A stretch of DNA of 64,000 nt from Minisyncoccota bacterium (GCA_043772945.1 JAYVFR010000023.1:4159-68158), one strand, 5' to 3'. Numbered from the stretch's first letter, positions 10,050 through 20,531 are shown. Program-made: numbers and translations. The notes: a model not told the origin generated them from the sequence alone.

Positions 10050-10921
10050 TCAAGGGCTATTCTAAGATTTTTAAGATTAGTTTCCATTTCGGTAATATAA
10101 TTTTTACCATTGTCAATTTCATCTTGGTTCATAGCTTCAATTGAATTTAATTCTAATTTGTTAATCCCTAAATCTTTTATTGCTGTATTAATTACGGGAA
10201 TATTTTCATTTACTTGCCCTAAAAGATATTGAATTTTAGTGTCTTTAATTTCTTTTATAATCCTTGCTAATTCAACTGGGTCAAGCTCACTTCCGTCATT
10301 CGCTTGCACAAGCGAAATCATTTGTAGATTATAGCGACGGGCTAAGTGTCCAAAAGCAGGGTGCCCTGTGTAGAATTTGCGAGCTTTACACTCTTTTAGA
10401 CCAGCACTGAATTCTTTGTCTAATTTCTCTAATTGCTCAACTAATTGACTCTGATTGTTAGTGTAAACAGTTTTGTTGTTAAAATCTAAGCCAGTAATTT
10501 TGTTAAAAACCAAATCAGACATTTGTCTCATAGAAACTGGATCAAGCCAAATATGTGGATCAGTTTCAAGCGGGTTGAGTTGTAGTTTGAGCGAATTCAA
10601 TTTATTGATTTTTTTGCTCCAAGCTTCTAAGTTACCATGATAAATTAATAATTTGGAGTCTTCAATGTCTTTTTGGTTTGCTGGAGTTAATTCATATTCG
10701 TGAACTTCGCTACCACTAGGTGTTAGGTTTATGACTTTTAAATTTTCACCAACAATTTTTTTAGTAAGGAAATAAAAAGGATAAAAACTGGTTACAATAC
10801 TTTTAACTTGAGTTAGTTTATCATTTTCGGCTGATTTTTTTTGCTGGAAAGATAAAAATCCAATTAAAAAAAACGCAATGATTATTAAGCAACTAAAAAT
10901 AATCTTAAATTTATTTTTCAT
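10040..10921 (-). CDS. metal ABC transporter substrate-binding protein (ZnuA/TroA-like)
   Basis: 293 aa with an N-terminal signal/anchor. HEYE, DPHIWLDP and HPAFGHL motifs are typical of cluster A-I metal-binding proteins. Confidence 0.8.
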   Translation of the reverse strand: MKNKFKIIFSCLIIIAFFLIGFLSFQQKKSAENDKLTQVKSIVTSFYPFYFLTKKIVGENLKVINLTPSGSEVHEYELTPANQKDIEDSKLLIYHGNLEAWSKKINKLNSLKLQLNPLETDPHIWLDPVSMRQMSDLVFNKITGLDFNNKTVYTNNQSQLVEQLEKLDKEFSAGLKECKARKFYTGHPAFGHLARRYNLQMISLVQANDGSELDPVELARIIKEIKDTKIQYLLGQVNENIPVINTAIKDLGINKLELNSIEAMNQDEIDNGKNYITEMETNLKNLRIALECQ

Positions 10922-10978
10922 ATTCTTAAAAAATTGTGCAACTCACTTTGCCTTGTCAAGTTAAAATTTAAGTAAAGG

Positions 10979-13411
10979 TTATTTACTATCTTCTTCTAAT
11001 TCTTTTTTCATTAAATCTTTAGGGTTGGTCGTGATAATTTCATGTTCACGGGGAAAGGGTATAATTTCAATACCGACGTGTCGTGAACCCGCAAAGAATA
11101 TTCCTTGCCCTACATTAGCTTCTAATAACAATTGTCTTTCACGGTTTGTTAGACTAAAAGTTTCAACTAGTTGATCTATGGCAGCAGGCGATTGCTTTAA
11201 AAGAATTTTCATGGCTGAGTTTGTGATAATTGGTTTTCCGAGTGGCGATGATAAAAAGTCTGTAACGTCTTGAGAGATGGTTGTAATTCCCAAATAATAT
11301 TTACGAGCCCTTTTAGCTAGCCCATAGAGAAAGCGAGCAGAATCTTCGTACTGCATCATAATCCAAGCTTCATCTACCACAAGTATACGTCTCTTTAATT
11401 TAGAGCGGATTTCAGTCCAAACGTATTTAAGTAAAATGTACATGGCAATAGGTCTTAGTGTTTCTTGGAGATCTCTAATACTAAAAACGATAAAATCATT
11501 GCTAATGTTAATATTAGTTGGGCGATTAAACATTCCCGAGAAAGTTCCTTCTGTATATCTATAAAGTCTTTGGGCAAGGCTTTCACCACCAACAATTCCG
11601 TTTAAAATTTCAACCAAATCCCCCATAGTAGGTGGAGTTATCGTTCCTAAATCACTACTATCAGTAATATCACGTTTAGCGTAAGCTTGCTGAACGGCTT
11701 TTTCCATTACACTCACTTCGGTTGGGTTGAGTTTACCGAGCATCAAATTAAATAACCCCATTAAATCAATAATTGCAGTTCGCAAAATATCTGCTACACT
11801 CTCGCCTGGGAGAGGTTTAGGTAAGTCAAATGGATTGATGCGACTAGAAGCGTTTAAACTTAAATTAATATAAACTCCCCCCAGAGCATCTGCTAGAATT
11901 TTATATTCTTGCTCAGGATCAATTACAATAACTCCTACTCCAAGCATACGACTACGAAGAATTTCAAGTTTAACTGTGTAACTTTTACCAGCTCCAGAAG
12001 TAGCAAAAACCAACGAATTGGCATTTTCAAGCTCAAAACGATCAAAAATTACGAGGGAACTGTTGTGAATATTAACTCCGTAGAGAATTCCAGAATCACT
12101 TGACAAGTCAGAAGAAACAAAAGGAAAAGCTGCGCTTAAAGGTGAAGTATTCATATTAGTTACTACGTCTAAATCATCTTTGAGAATTGGTAAGCAGGCA
12201 TTAAAGCCGTCATCCATCTGAAGAGCAGAGCGCTTTATCAAAATATTTTGCTGAGAAAGGATTCCTTCAACAGTTTGACTTGATTTTTCTAATTCTTCTT
12301 GAGTGTTACCGTATACTTGAATGTAAATACCAACGCGATAAAACTTCTCTACACCTTGTTGGATTGCATCCCGTAAGCCCTCAACGTCTCGGTAGGCTGT
12401 TTCTAACTGGGGATCCCTTGCTTTTCCTTGCTCCTGATTTAGGTTTAAACTGGCTTGAATTTTACCCACTTTACCGCGAAGCTCACGCAATACCTCACTT
12501 GAATCTCTAGGATAAATAAAAATGGATAAATCAAGTTGGATATCAGAATTTACAATTCCTTCAAGCCACCCCATAGTTACTACACGAGGGTAAACCAAAA
12601 CAAAATGCGAGCGAACGAGTTTAGTATTTATTTGAATTTCACGATTTCCAATGCTAACACCAGATGGAGCAATCAAGTCACGGATATTAGTAGTTCCTTG
12701 CCTATACGACTTTTCGCTGGCAATAAGAGTTTTTTGGATATCTATTTCAGTTTTAATAATCTCTCTCTTTAGTTCTGTTGGGTTTAATGATCTTAAATAT
12801 TCTAAACTATTGGTGTCGACTTTTGGTTTAATTGCTCCACGAGGGTTAGGTCGATTCGGTTGTGAGTTTGTTATTTGTTGATTATTTGTAACTTGCTTAC
12901 CAACTGGAAATGTAGATTGTTGGTTAATGGTTTGCTGTTGTGGTCTCTGATTCAAGTTAGGCCTAAATTGTTGCTGAGTTTGTTGCTGTGAATTTGATTG
13001 AGGAGATGGTCTAAAAAAATTATTTTGAGAGTTTGGTTGTGGAATTTGTTGCGGAGGTCTCTGGTTTGGGTTGTTTGTATTTTGACGAATTTGTCCAAAG
13101 TTGCTGGTTGAATTAACTATAGCGCCAGTGTTAGGTTTTGTTGTAGGGTTTTGTTGTAGCGATCTCTTTAAATCTTGATTAGTTGCGGTGGTGCCATATT
13201 GACCATAGGCACCTACTGAATCATTTCGTCTTGCAAGTTCAGTTTGTAGATTTTGATTTGATGCAATCGGTTTAGCTCCAGCTACTGCTTTAGCCCCAAA
13301 ATTTGTTGGTTTGTTAGTTTGGTTTAAATTAGTGTGTGTAGCCCCAAAATTTGTAGGTAGCACTCGATTGTTAGAGTTGTTGCTATTGTTGCGGGGAAGA
13401 GGATTAGACAT
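10979..13411 (-). CDS. VirB4/TraC-like type IV secretion ATPase with N/Q/P-rich N-terminal extension
   Basis: 810 aa with Walker A SGAGKSYT and Walker B ILVVDEAW. The C-terminal 600 aa have a VirB4-like layout. The first ~200 aa are low-complexity N/Q/P-rich. Confidence 0.75.
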   Translation of the reverse strand: MSNPLPRNNSNNSNNRVLPTNFGATHTNLNQTNKPTNFGAKAVAGAKPIASNQNLQTELARRNDSVGAYGQYGTTATNQDLKRSLQQNPTTKPNTGAIVNSTSNFGQIRQNTNNPNQRPPQQIPQPNSQNNFFRPSPQSNSQQQTQQQFRPNLNQRPQQQTINQQSTFPVGKQVTNNQQITNSQPNRPNPRGAIKPKVDTNSLEYLRSLNPTELKREIIKTEIDIQKTLIASEKSYRQGTTNIRDLIAPSGVSIGNREIQINTKLVRSHFVLVYPRVVTMGWLEGIVNSDIQLDLSIFIYPRDSSEVLRELRGKVGKIQASLNLNQEQGKARDPQLETAYRDVEGLRDAIQQGVEKFYRVGIYIQVYGNTQEELEKSSQTVEGILSQQNILIKRSALQMDDGFNACLPILKDDLDVVTNMNTSPLSAAFPFVSSDLSSDSGILYGVNIHNSSLVIFDRFELENANSLVFATSGAGKSYTVKLEILRSRMLGVGVIVIDPEQEYKILADALGGVYINLSLNASSRINPFDLPKPLPGESVADILRTAIIDLMGLFNLMLGKLNPTEVSVMEKAVQQAYAKRDITDSSDLGTITPPTMGDLVEILNGIVGGESLAQRLYRYTEGTFSGMFNRPTNINISNDFIVFSIRDLQETLRPIAMYILLKYVWTEIRSKLKRRILVVDEAWIMMQYEDSARFLYGLAKRARKYYLGITTISQDVTDFLSSPLGKPIITNSAMKILLKQSPAAIDQLVETFSLTNRERQLLLEANVGQGIFFAGSRHVGIEIIPFPREHEIITTNPKDLMKKELEEDSK

Positions 13412-13602
13412 TTAATTTATAAATTTATTTTTAGCTTTTTTATTTAGTTTAAATTTCCTAGCGATTATACCTAATATATTATAAGATTGCAAATTTCTAA
13501 TTTTCTGAGAGTTTATATATAAACAAAAGAATAAACATAAAAAAATTCACCCTATAATTAAGGTGAGTATTAAAAACAATATTGATTTTAAAAAGTCTGT
13601 CT

Positions 13603-14271
13603 TTATTTTAAAAATAGTGAGGCTGCGTATCTATTGCCAATTAAGGGAGTTAAATGATACATCTGTCCATTAACCTTACAAAAAATTGGTTTAAGATTGC
13701 TGTATTCAATCTCTACTTCAGTTCCATTTTTTAAGGAGCTAATTTTTTTGCAATTTTTATCACGAGTATTAAGGCCATTTGAGCTGCTTACTAATTGCTT
13801 TGAAGAAAGGTTTGAAGGTATATTACCAATAATGTTAGTGAATTCTTTAGCTACATATGTACCAGTATAAGGACCGTTAGTATCTGTTATTGAAACCACA
13901 TTTACAGGGATCATCAGATAGCTTTTATTTCCTACTTTGCAGCTAAGATTTTGTTTGTCGCCATCTAATAGGTAAACATTTTGAATTAAAATAGCCTCAC
14001 TATTAACAGCCCCAATTTTCTCGCAGTTTGCGTTTCGTAGATTTGCTCCATTGCTAGATGTAACTTCTAAATAGTTATATTGCAAATTTTGTGAGGCAGC
14101 TTGAGTGTTAACAGCGGTATTAAGAGAAAGTCCTGTAATAACAACTGTCAATACTGAAAGTAAAGTTAGTTTGTTTAAAATAGTAAAAAAAGTTGTAGTC
14201 ATATAAATAATAAATAAAAAAATAATGATTAGTTGAGATGTTTTTTTGTTCTCATCTAGTAAGTCGTACAA
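13603..14271 (-). CDS. secreted protein with two SH3b-like repeats
   Basis: 222 aa with a signal-like N-terminus; an alternative start is M24, at 14200-14202. Two internal repeats: SSNGANLRNANCEKIGAVNSEA...CKVGNKSYLMIPV and SSNGLNTRDKNCKKISSLKNGTEV...CKVNGQMYHLTPL. Confidence 0.55.
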   Translation of the reverse strand: MYDLLDENKKTSQLIIIFLFIIYMTTTFFTILNKLTLLSVLTVVITGLSLNTAVNTQAASQNLQYNYLEVTSSNGANLRNANCEKIGAVNSEAILIQNVYLLDGDKQNLSCKVGNKSYLMIPVNVVSITDTNGPYTGTYVAKEFTNIIGNIPSNLSSKQLVSSSNGLNTRDKNCKKISSLKNGTEVEIEYSNLKPIFCKVNGQMYHLTPLIGNRYAASLFLK

Positions 14272-14558
14272 ACTACATATTTTGTGACAATTAAATTTTT
14301 ACTTAATTTCAATAGATTGTAATAATAAAAAAAAGTAGCCCAAACTCCTTTAAACAAGACTTTATATAACAAAGTAAATAAACATTCAAGCACTTTTTTA
14401 AAGCTCACAAAGACTAAAGCAGTAGGGCAGATTACATATATCTCTCCAACTGGCGTAATGATAGCAATAACGGCCAAAGTTCATCAAACCCTGTTAAAAC
14501 ACTTGTTAGAGCTAGAGATATGTTCAGAAGATATGTTCATAGTTGATAAATTACAAAC

Positions 14559-15350
14559 TTATTTCAAATAGTCTTTTATTTGATCAATAATAGCTTGGCG
14601 GTTATTTTCAACTGCTTCTGTGAATAATGATTCTCTTTTAATTTCTATTACTTGAGGAATATTTGGCAATTCATTCTTATAAATATTCTTGATTGTTTGC
14701 TTATCATCTTCACTTAGCTTATTGTTTAAAGGTTTATTTTCTATAATTTTTGTTAATTCTATAGTAATTATTTTTTGATTTTCTATTTCAGACAGGATTT
14801 TAGCCCTATCATTAACATCTTGAATCTTAATTGAGTTATAATCTAATTTTTCTAAGATTTTTTTGATAGCTTTAATAATTTCATCTAGTTGTGAATATTG
14901 TAATTCATCTAAATTTTGTAATTTACTTATTTTTTCCCAATTATTTAGTTGCTCGCTTTGGAGAGTTATTCCTTGATTTTGTTTTTCTAAATTTGTCTTT
15001 AAGCCTGATATCAAAGCTTCATAATTGTTTAAAATTTGATTGGTTTGATTATCTTTTGGTTGTAAATCTATCCAGGTAATTTCTCTCTCAAAAACTTGAT
15101 TTAATTCTTCAATTTGTTTTTTTATTTCTGTGTAAATATCATCACTTGGTTTAAGGTTATTTTTTGAATATTGAGTTAAGTTATTAGTTTTTTTCTCAAT
15201 ACTATGACTTTTTTCAATTATATGAATAACTATGTCTGAAAGCTTACGCTGGCCATTGCCAAAGCTGTAAATTAGAGAGCTTAAAACCAGCAACATAAAT
15301 GCTAGAAAACTCACCATCCCCAAATTGCGTTTAATCCAGTTACTAAGCAT
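14559..15350 (-). CDS. membrane-anchored coiled-coil protein
   Basis: 263 aa. N-terminal TM helix followed by a charged, heptad-like sequence. Lies directly downstream of pnp. Confidence 0.5.
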   Translation of the reverse strand: MLSNWIKRNLGMVSFLAFMLLVLSSLIYSFGNGQRKLSDIVIHIIEKSHSIEKKTNNLTQYSKNNLKPSDDIYTEIKKQIEELNQVFEREITWIDLQPKDNQTNQILNNYEALISGLKTNLEKQNQGITLQSEQLNNWEKISKLQNLDELQYSQLDEIIKAIKKILEKLDYNSIKIQDVNDRAKILSEIENQKIITIELTKIIENKPLNNKLSEDDKQTIKNIYKNELPNIPQVIEIKRESLFTEAVENNRQAIIDQIKDYLK

Positions 15351-15375
15351 ACAAATTTTTTAATTATATTAGTGA

Positions 15376-17469
15376 TTATATTAGACTTAGATCCATTTGC
15401 CCTTTATCGTTAAAACCTGCAACTTCACATTGCAATACGTCACCAATTTTATACCTAGTGCTTGGTGGAACGCCGCGAGCCATTTTAAGGTTGCTGATGT
15501 GAATCATTGACTCTTTATCACCATCGTCTAGTTTCACAAATACTCCGTAATTTTCCATTCGAAAGATTTTAGCCATTACTTTATCTCCTGTTTGATAAAC
15601 TTTAATAATACTCTCAATTTGTTTGTAACAAGCGTCAACATCTTCCATTTTACTACTATAAATTGCGCATTTACCAGTTTCATTTTCTAGATCAATTTTA
15701 ACTTTGAATTTATCTTGCATGCCGTTAATAACAGCCCCACTTGGTCCAATCACATCTCTCATTTTGTCACTTGGAACTATAATAATTCTAACCTTGGGAG
15801 CTTTAGGGTGGATGTTTCGATTAGATGAGCTAATAGTTTGATTCATTATCGACAGAATGTGTTGACGAGCCTCTTTTGCTTGTTTGAGAGCCTCTTTTAA
15901 AACTAGTGAAGTTACTCCTCCAACTTTATTATCTAATTGAATGGCAGTAACGCCAGTTTCTGTTCCTGTAACTTTAAAATCCATATCAGCATGATGATCT
16001 TCAAGTCCTTGTATATCAGTTAAAACGCTGTAGTCCCCATTCTCATTTATTGCAAGTCCCATCGCAACCCCAGCAACATGAGATTTGATCGGAACGCCAG
16101 CCGTCATTAGTGAAAGGGAGCTAGCACAAGTGCTTGCCATGCTAGTGGATCCGTTTGACCCAAGACACTCACTAACTGTTCTGATCATGTAAGGAAAATC
16201 ATCTTTATTTGGCAATACTGGCTCTAAAGCTTTTTGAGCAAGGTTTCCATGTCCTATTTCACGCCTGCCTGCTCCAATGTAGCGACCAGTTTCCCCGACT
16301 GAATAAGCAGGAAAATTATAATGGTGGATATAACCTAAATAAACCTCATTTTCATCTTCGGCGTTATCCGTTAGCTGCATTTGATCGAGAGTTCCTAAGG
16401 TCAATGTATTCAAAACTTGAGTTTCACCTCTGCTAAATAAGCTTGATCCGTGTGGCTCTGAAAGCACATTAATTTGGCAACTAATAGCTCGTGTTTCGGT
16501 TAATAAACGACCATCAACTCGTCTTTTGTTATTAATTAAATTATCTTTAATTAGCTTTGTTAAGTATTCATCAAGAGCTAGGTGAAGCTTTTTTTCTATC
16601 AAATTATTATCATCACTTAAAACTAAAATCTGACGAGTTAAAACATCTATTTGCCTAGCTAATTTATTATGAATATCACTAAAATTAACTAAAATTTGCT
16701 CCTCTGGCAGAATTGTCTCAAGCTCACTCTGGTTATGAAATCCCCAACTACACCCAAAAATCTGTTCTTTTGCTAAAAGGTTAGAAGCCTCCTTGATATC
16801 TCTAATAGTGTCAGTAAAAAAGACTATTTGATCCAGTGATACATTCCAATCACGAGCAATATTTTTAATGCAAGTTTCTTTACTAAAATTTGCCTTAAAG
16901 CCTTCTAAGTGAGTGAATTTTAAACCGCTAGCTACTGCAAACTCGTCTAGAACTGGTTGATAAGCTGTAGAAACAATTGCCATCTTGGCGTTTTTATATT
17001 GCTTGACTTCTTCTACAAATTCTTTGAAATATCCGAGCCCGATTTGTTTTTTTAAATTATATTCTTCCTCTCTAAACTTTAAGAGGTTTTCTGTTTCTTC
17101 GTCCGTATAAACTCTATCTTTAGTGTAGCGTGGATTAACTAGTCTATCAGTTTTAAGATATTTAATTACTTCTTCTTGATTCTCTTTCTTCTCTAAATGC
17201 ATAAAAGCTTTTACGGTAGCGTTCCAAGAATCTCCAAAAACTCCATCAAAGTCAAAAATTAAATACTTAGATGTATTAACTTTATTTTTAGCTTCAATAA
17301 TTTCTTTAATCTTAAAATCTACAAATTCTTTTAACTTTAAATTTTTCTCATTTTTTGATAAATCATTATAAAGAGCATCTTCAATTTGATTTTTATTTGA
17401 CTTCCAGTAATTGAGATAAACAGATTCAGGCCTCGTTACTTTTAGTTTTATTTGTTTATAGTAAGTCAT
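15376..17469 (-). CDS. pnp: polynucleotide phosphorylase-like protein with N-terminal HAD hydrolase domain in place of the first RNase PH domain
   Basis: 697 aa. Residues ~316-550 carry the second-core RNase PH signature (RVDGRLLTETRAIS...HGSSLFSRGETQVLNTLTLG). KH and S1 domains follow at the C-terminus. Residues ~66-265 carry HAD motifs: DFDGV, VSTA, a conserved K, and FFTDTIRD. Confidence 0.85.
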   Translation of the reverse strand: MTYYKQIKLKVTRPESVYLNYWKSNKNQIEDALYNDLSKNEKNLKLKEFVDFKIKEIIEAKNKVNTSKYLIFDFDGVFGDSWNATVKAFMHLEKKENQEEVIKYLKTDRLVNPRYTKDRVYTDEETENLLKFREEEYNLKKQIGLGYFKEFVEEVKQYKNAKMAIVSTAYQPVLDEFAVASGLKFTHLEGFKANFSKETCIKNIARDWNVSLDQIVFFTDTIRDIKEASNLLAKEQIFGCSWGFHNQSELETILPEEQILVNFSDIHNKLARQIDVLTRQILVLSDDNNLIEKKLHLALDEYLTKLIKDNLINNKRRVDGRLLTETRAISCQINVLSEPHGSSLFSRGETQVLNTLTLGTLDQMQLTDNAEDENEVYLGYIHHYNFPAYSVGETGRYIGAGRREIGHGNLAQKALEPVLPNKDDFPYMIRTVSECLGSNGSTSMASTCASSLSLMTAGVPIKSHVAGVAMGLAINENGDYSVLTDIQGLEDHHADMDFKVTGTETGVTAIQLDNKVGGVTSLVLKEALKQAKEARQHILSIMNQTISSSNRNIHPKAPKVRIIIVPSDKMRDVIGPSGAVINGMQDKFKVKIDLENETGKCAIYSSKMEDVDACYKQIESIIKVYQTGDKVMAKIFRMENYGVFVKLDDGDKESMIHISNLKMARGVPPSTRYKIGDVLQCEVAGFNDKGQMDLSLI

Positions 17470-17605
17470 TTCATCAACCTATACATTAGAATTATTCTGG
17501 TCAAATTACTACCTTTGTTTTTTGACTAAAATAGATAATTGGAGATATTTATTGTTTGTAACTTTTCTACTTTCAAAAGTAAAAATTTCTTATAGGAGAT
17601 TTCAA

Positions 17606-17944
17606 ATGGGTACGGTTGTTAAACGTAACAAAAAAAACCAGATAACGTATTTTGAAGTTGATTTACCATCTTGGTACAAAATCAAAATCACGACTGAGGA
17701 TGATACATTAAGTAAAAAACTCAAATATTTTTGGTGGTTATTTGGCACTGTTAGAGAAGATAAAGTTTTAACCCATTCAGCTAATGACAGCCTTGACTTT
17801 CAGAGTTGTTGCAAAGATTTGATTATTTCTGTAGAAGCTTGGATAAACACGAAACCTCGTAAACCAGGCCAAAACCCAACCAATGGCGAAAGAAAGCTAG
17901 TTAAGAATTTGGAAAAAGCCTTAGCAGATGTTTTCAAAAACTAG
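17606..17944 (+). CDS. hypothetical protein
   Basis: I prefer the ATG at 17606 (MGTVVKRNKK...) because AGGAGAT lies 7 nt upstream. The ORF-track start at 17522 is TTG and has no such signal. Confidence 0.45.
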   Translation: MGTVVKRNKKNQITYFEVDLPSWYKIKITTEDDTLSKKLKYFWWLFGTVREDKVLTHSANDSLDFQSCCKDLIISVEAWINTKPRKPGQNPTNGERKLVKNLEKALADVFKN

Positions 17945-18241
17945 TTTACTTCTGTTAGTTATTACAAACCACCTCATCAAAGCTGTATTAATTTATGTTT
18001 TGGTGTTTTTTTATGGACAAAACTAAGAAACTATGCTTTTTTATAATTCAAAATGAGGAATACAAGGCTAATCAAAATGGGAACATTATAACTTTTTCAT
18101 AGTTTTTATTTTCATAAAGTTTAGACTTTTCTACTCCCGATAATCACTTTTGTTATTTACTATTTTAGTATTTTATAAACAGGGGTGATTTTTTTTATCT
18201 TTTAAGATTATTTGACAGATTTTTTAATAAATAATTAATTT

Positions 18242-18685
18242 GTGATTAATATGTCCAGTAAATTTCAAGTTTATAGCGCCGTTTATTTAATTCTTTTTAA
18301 TAAAGACAATCAAATTCTTTTATCAAAGCGAGCTAGTACAGGCTTTATGGACGGTTATTACGGTTTACCAAGTGGACATCTAGAAGCGGGTGAAACTATT
18401 TCGGAGGCTATTGTGCGTGAATCCAGAGAAGAGATTAACATTACGCCAATTAATTTTGAATTTGTGAGGGTCAATCACCGCAAAGCCACTACGGAAAACA
18501 AACGAGATTATATTGATTTTTATTTTATGACTAATGATTATGAGGGAGAGGTTCAAAACTTAGAACCAGATAAATGTGCTGAATTAAAATGGTTTGATGT
18601 AAACGAATTACCAGAAAATATAATTCCATATATTAAAAATGTGTTACAGCCATCCGATATTGTTAAATTCTTTGCTGAAGTTTGA
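18242..18685 (+). CDS. NUDIX hydrolase
   Basis: Nudix box GLPSGHLEAGETISEAIVRESREEINI. The start may be the ATG at 18251. Confidence 0.8.
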   Translation: MINMSSKFQVYSAVYLILFNKDNQILLSKRASTGFMDGYYGLPSGHLEAGETISEAIVRESREEINITPINFEFVRVNHRKATTENKRDYIDFYFMTNDYEGEVQNLEPDKCAELKWFDVNELPENIIPYIKNVLQPSDIVKFFAEV

Positions 18686-18790
18686 CAATTTCTTGACTAA
18701 TCTTGACTAAAAGTAGAGAATACTTTTACTTTGACCGTTATAGAGCCGTAAAACGCAAAAAAAAGCTAGAAAAAATTATATTTATATATT

Positions 18791-20503
18791 ATGTTTAGAA
18801 GATTGTTATTAGTTTTTACTGATAAAGAGTTACGGATGAAGCTATTGGCTGTTCTCGGGCTTTTAGTCATGGCAAGACTTTTGTCTCACGTTCCTATTCC
18901 AATTATCAAAGGTAAGGACATCGCTAATTTAATTGATAATGATGCTGTGTTTAGTTTGTTGAACACTGTTTCAGGAGGATCCTATGGAAAACTTAGTTTC
19001 GTCATGCTCGGAGTTGGTCCTTATATTACTGCTAGTATTGTAATGCAGTTGCTTGGAGTTATAGTTCCAAAGCTCAATGAAATCCAAAAAGAAGAAGGGG
19101 AGCAAGGTCGCAATAAAATCAATCGTTGGACTCGCATGATAGCAGTTCCTTTGGCTGCACTTAACTCGTGGGGGATATTGCAATTCCTGGCTTCTAATAA
19201 TACAGGAGGAGTTAAGATTGAATTACCTGAAGTTTTAACCACTGGAAATTTTGCTCAAACTTTTCCTTACTGGTTTGTAGTAATTCTCTCAATGGTGGCG
19301 GGTAGTATTATTATGATGTGGATTGGTGAAATTATTACAGAATATAAAATGGGAAATGGAATTTCTTTAATTATTTTGTCTGGAATTGTGGTAAGGCTTC
19401 CGAGCCAGCTAGTCAAGTTTTGGAATGGAGTTTCTGAGAATATCTACCTCATACCTAAGAGAATTTTTGAAAATCCTGCTAAGCTACTTAATCCAGACAC
19501 GTGGAAAAAGTTTTTGTGGGAAAATGAGTTCTGGCAACCCAGTCGTTGCTTTTTTATTTATATTGCTATTTTCCTTGGAACTCTTTTATTTGTAGTCTTT
19601 ATTAACGATGCAGTTCGTAAATTACAAGTGGTTTATTCCCGTCGTGGGCATACAGAAGGAAAATCACGAACCATGGATAGTGTTAAGGCTGATTTGCCAT
19701 TAAAAGTAAATATGGCAGGTGTTTTACCAATTATTTTTGCAGTTTCTTTCATCTTATTTCCTAGTATTTTATCAAGATTTTTCCTTACTTCTAACACTGG
19801 TGTTCTGCGGGATACCGCTAAAGCTGCTGAAAGCTATTTAAGTACACAAAATAAACAAGTGGCAAATCCTGGTTCAATCAATCTCCCTAAAAAAGAATTT
19901 TTAGGATTTTATCTCTCAGGGACTAAAGATGAGATTGAAAGTGTTAAAAATTACGACACAACTGAAGGTCAGGAATTGTTTGGTTTTACTATTAGTACAA
20001 TGGGAGATACTAAAAATTCTTTTTTTGAAGCAACTCCAATTAATGACGTGCCTTTCTTAAAATTTAATGGTGGTAATATGGGCTTTTTACCGCAAGTTGT
20101 TATCCGTTGGAACGGAATTTTGGCTTATACATTTTACTATTTTGTATTGATTGTATTCTTTACTTTCTTCTACACTTCAACTATTGCTTTTAAAACTGAT
20201 GAAGTGGCAGAAAACCTTCAAAAAAGTGGAGCCTATATTCCTGGATACAGACCTGGGCTTGAGACCCAAGATTATCTAACTCACGTTTCTAACAGATTAA
20301 ACATTGCTGGAGCCCTCTTTCTAGCTTTGATTGCAATTTTCCCGATTGTGTTTAACCGCTATACTCAAGTCGGTGGAGATCAAACTTTGAGTGGGATTGT
20401 AGGCGGTACTACAATGCTTATTCTAGTATCCGTTACTATTGAAACTCTTAAGCAAATTGAGGCTCAGGCAACGGTTGTAGACTATGACAGATTTGTAAAA
20501 TAG
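18791..20503 (+). CDS. secY: preprotein translocase subunit SecY with expanded loops
   Basis: 570 aa with SecY hallmarks (GVGPYITASIVMQLL, MWIGEIITE, LPLKVNMAGVLPIIFA, GAYIPGYRPG). It is ~120 aa longer than typical SecY because of an insertion at about aa 335-440. Confidence 0.9.
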   Translation: MFRRLLLVFTDKELRMKLLAVLGLLVMARLLSHVPIPIIKGKDIANLIDNDAVFSLLNTVSGGSYGKLSFVMLGVGPYITASIVMQLLGVIVPKLNEIQKEEGEQGRNKINRWTRMIAVPLAALNSWGILQFLASNNTGGVKIELPEVLTTGNFAQTFPYWFVVILSMVAGSIIMMWIGEIITEYKMGNGISLIILSGIVVRLPSQLVKFWNGVSENIYLIPKRIFENPAKLLNPDTWKKFLWENEFWQPSRCFFIYIAIFLGTLLFVVFINDAVRKLQVVYSRRGHTEGKSRTMDSVKADLPLKVNMAGVLPIIFAVSFILFPSILSRFFLTSNTGVLRDTAKAAESYLSTQNKQVANPGSINLPKKEFLGFYLSGTKDEIESVKNYDTTEGQELFGFTISTMGDTKNSFFEATPINDVPFLKFNGGNMGFLPQVVIRWNGILAYTFYYFVLIVFFTFFYTSTIAFKTDEVAENLQKSGAYIPGYRPGLETQDYLTHVSNRLNIAGALFLALIAIFPIVFNRYTQVGGDQTLSGIVGGTTMLILVSVTIETLKQIEAQATVVDYDRFVK

Positions 20504-20531
20504 CAATTGCAGAGACTTATCATCAATTCAA

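Noticed and set aside
11909-12881. Four plus-strand ORFs (64-78 aa) inside the VirB4-like gene
   Set aside because: They are antisense shadows of a well-supported 810-aa ATPase gene.
14256-14477. 73-aa minus-strand ORF upstream of the SH3b-repeat gene
   Set aside because: It overlaps the start of the next gene, has hydrophobic low-complexity sequence, and carries no motif or translation signal. It probably lies in the 5' region or promoter of the 222-aa gene.
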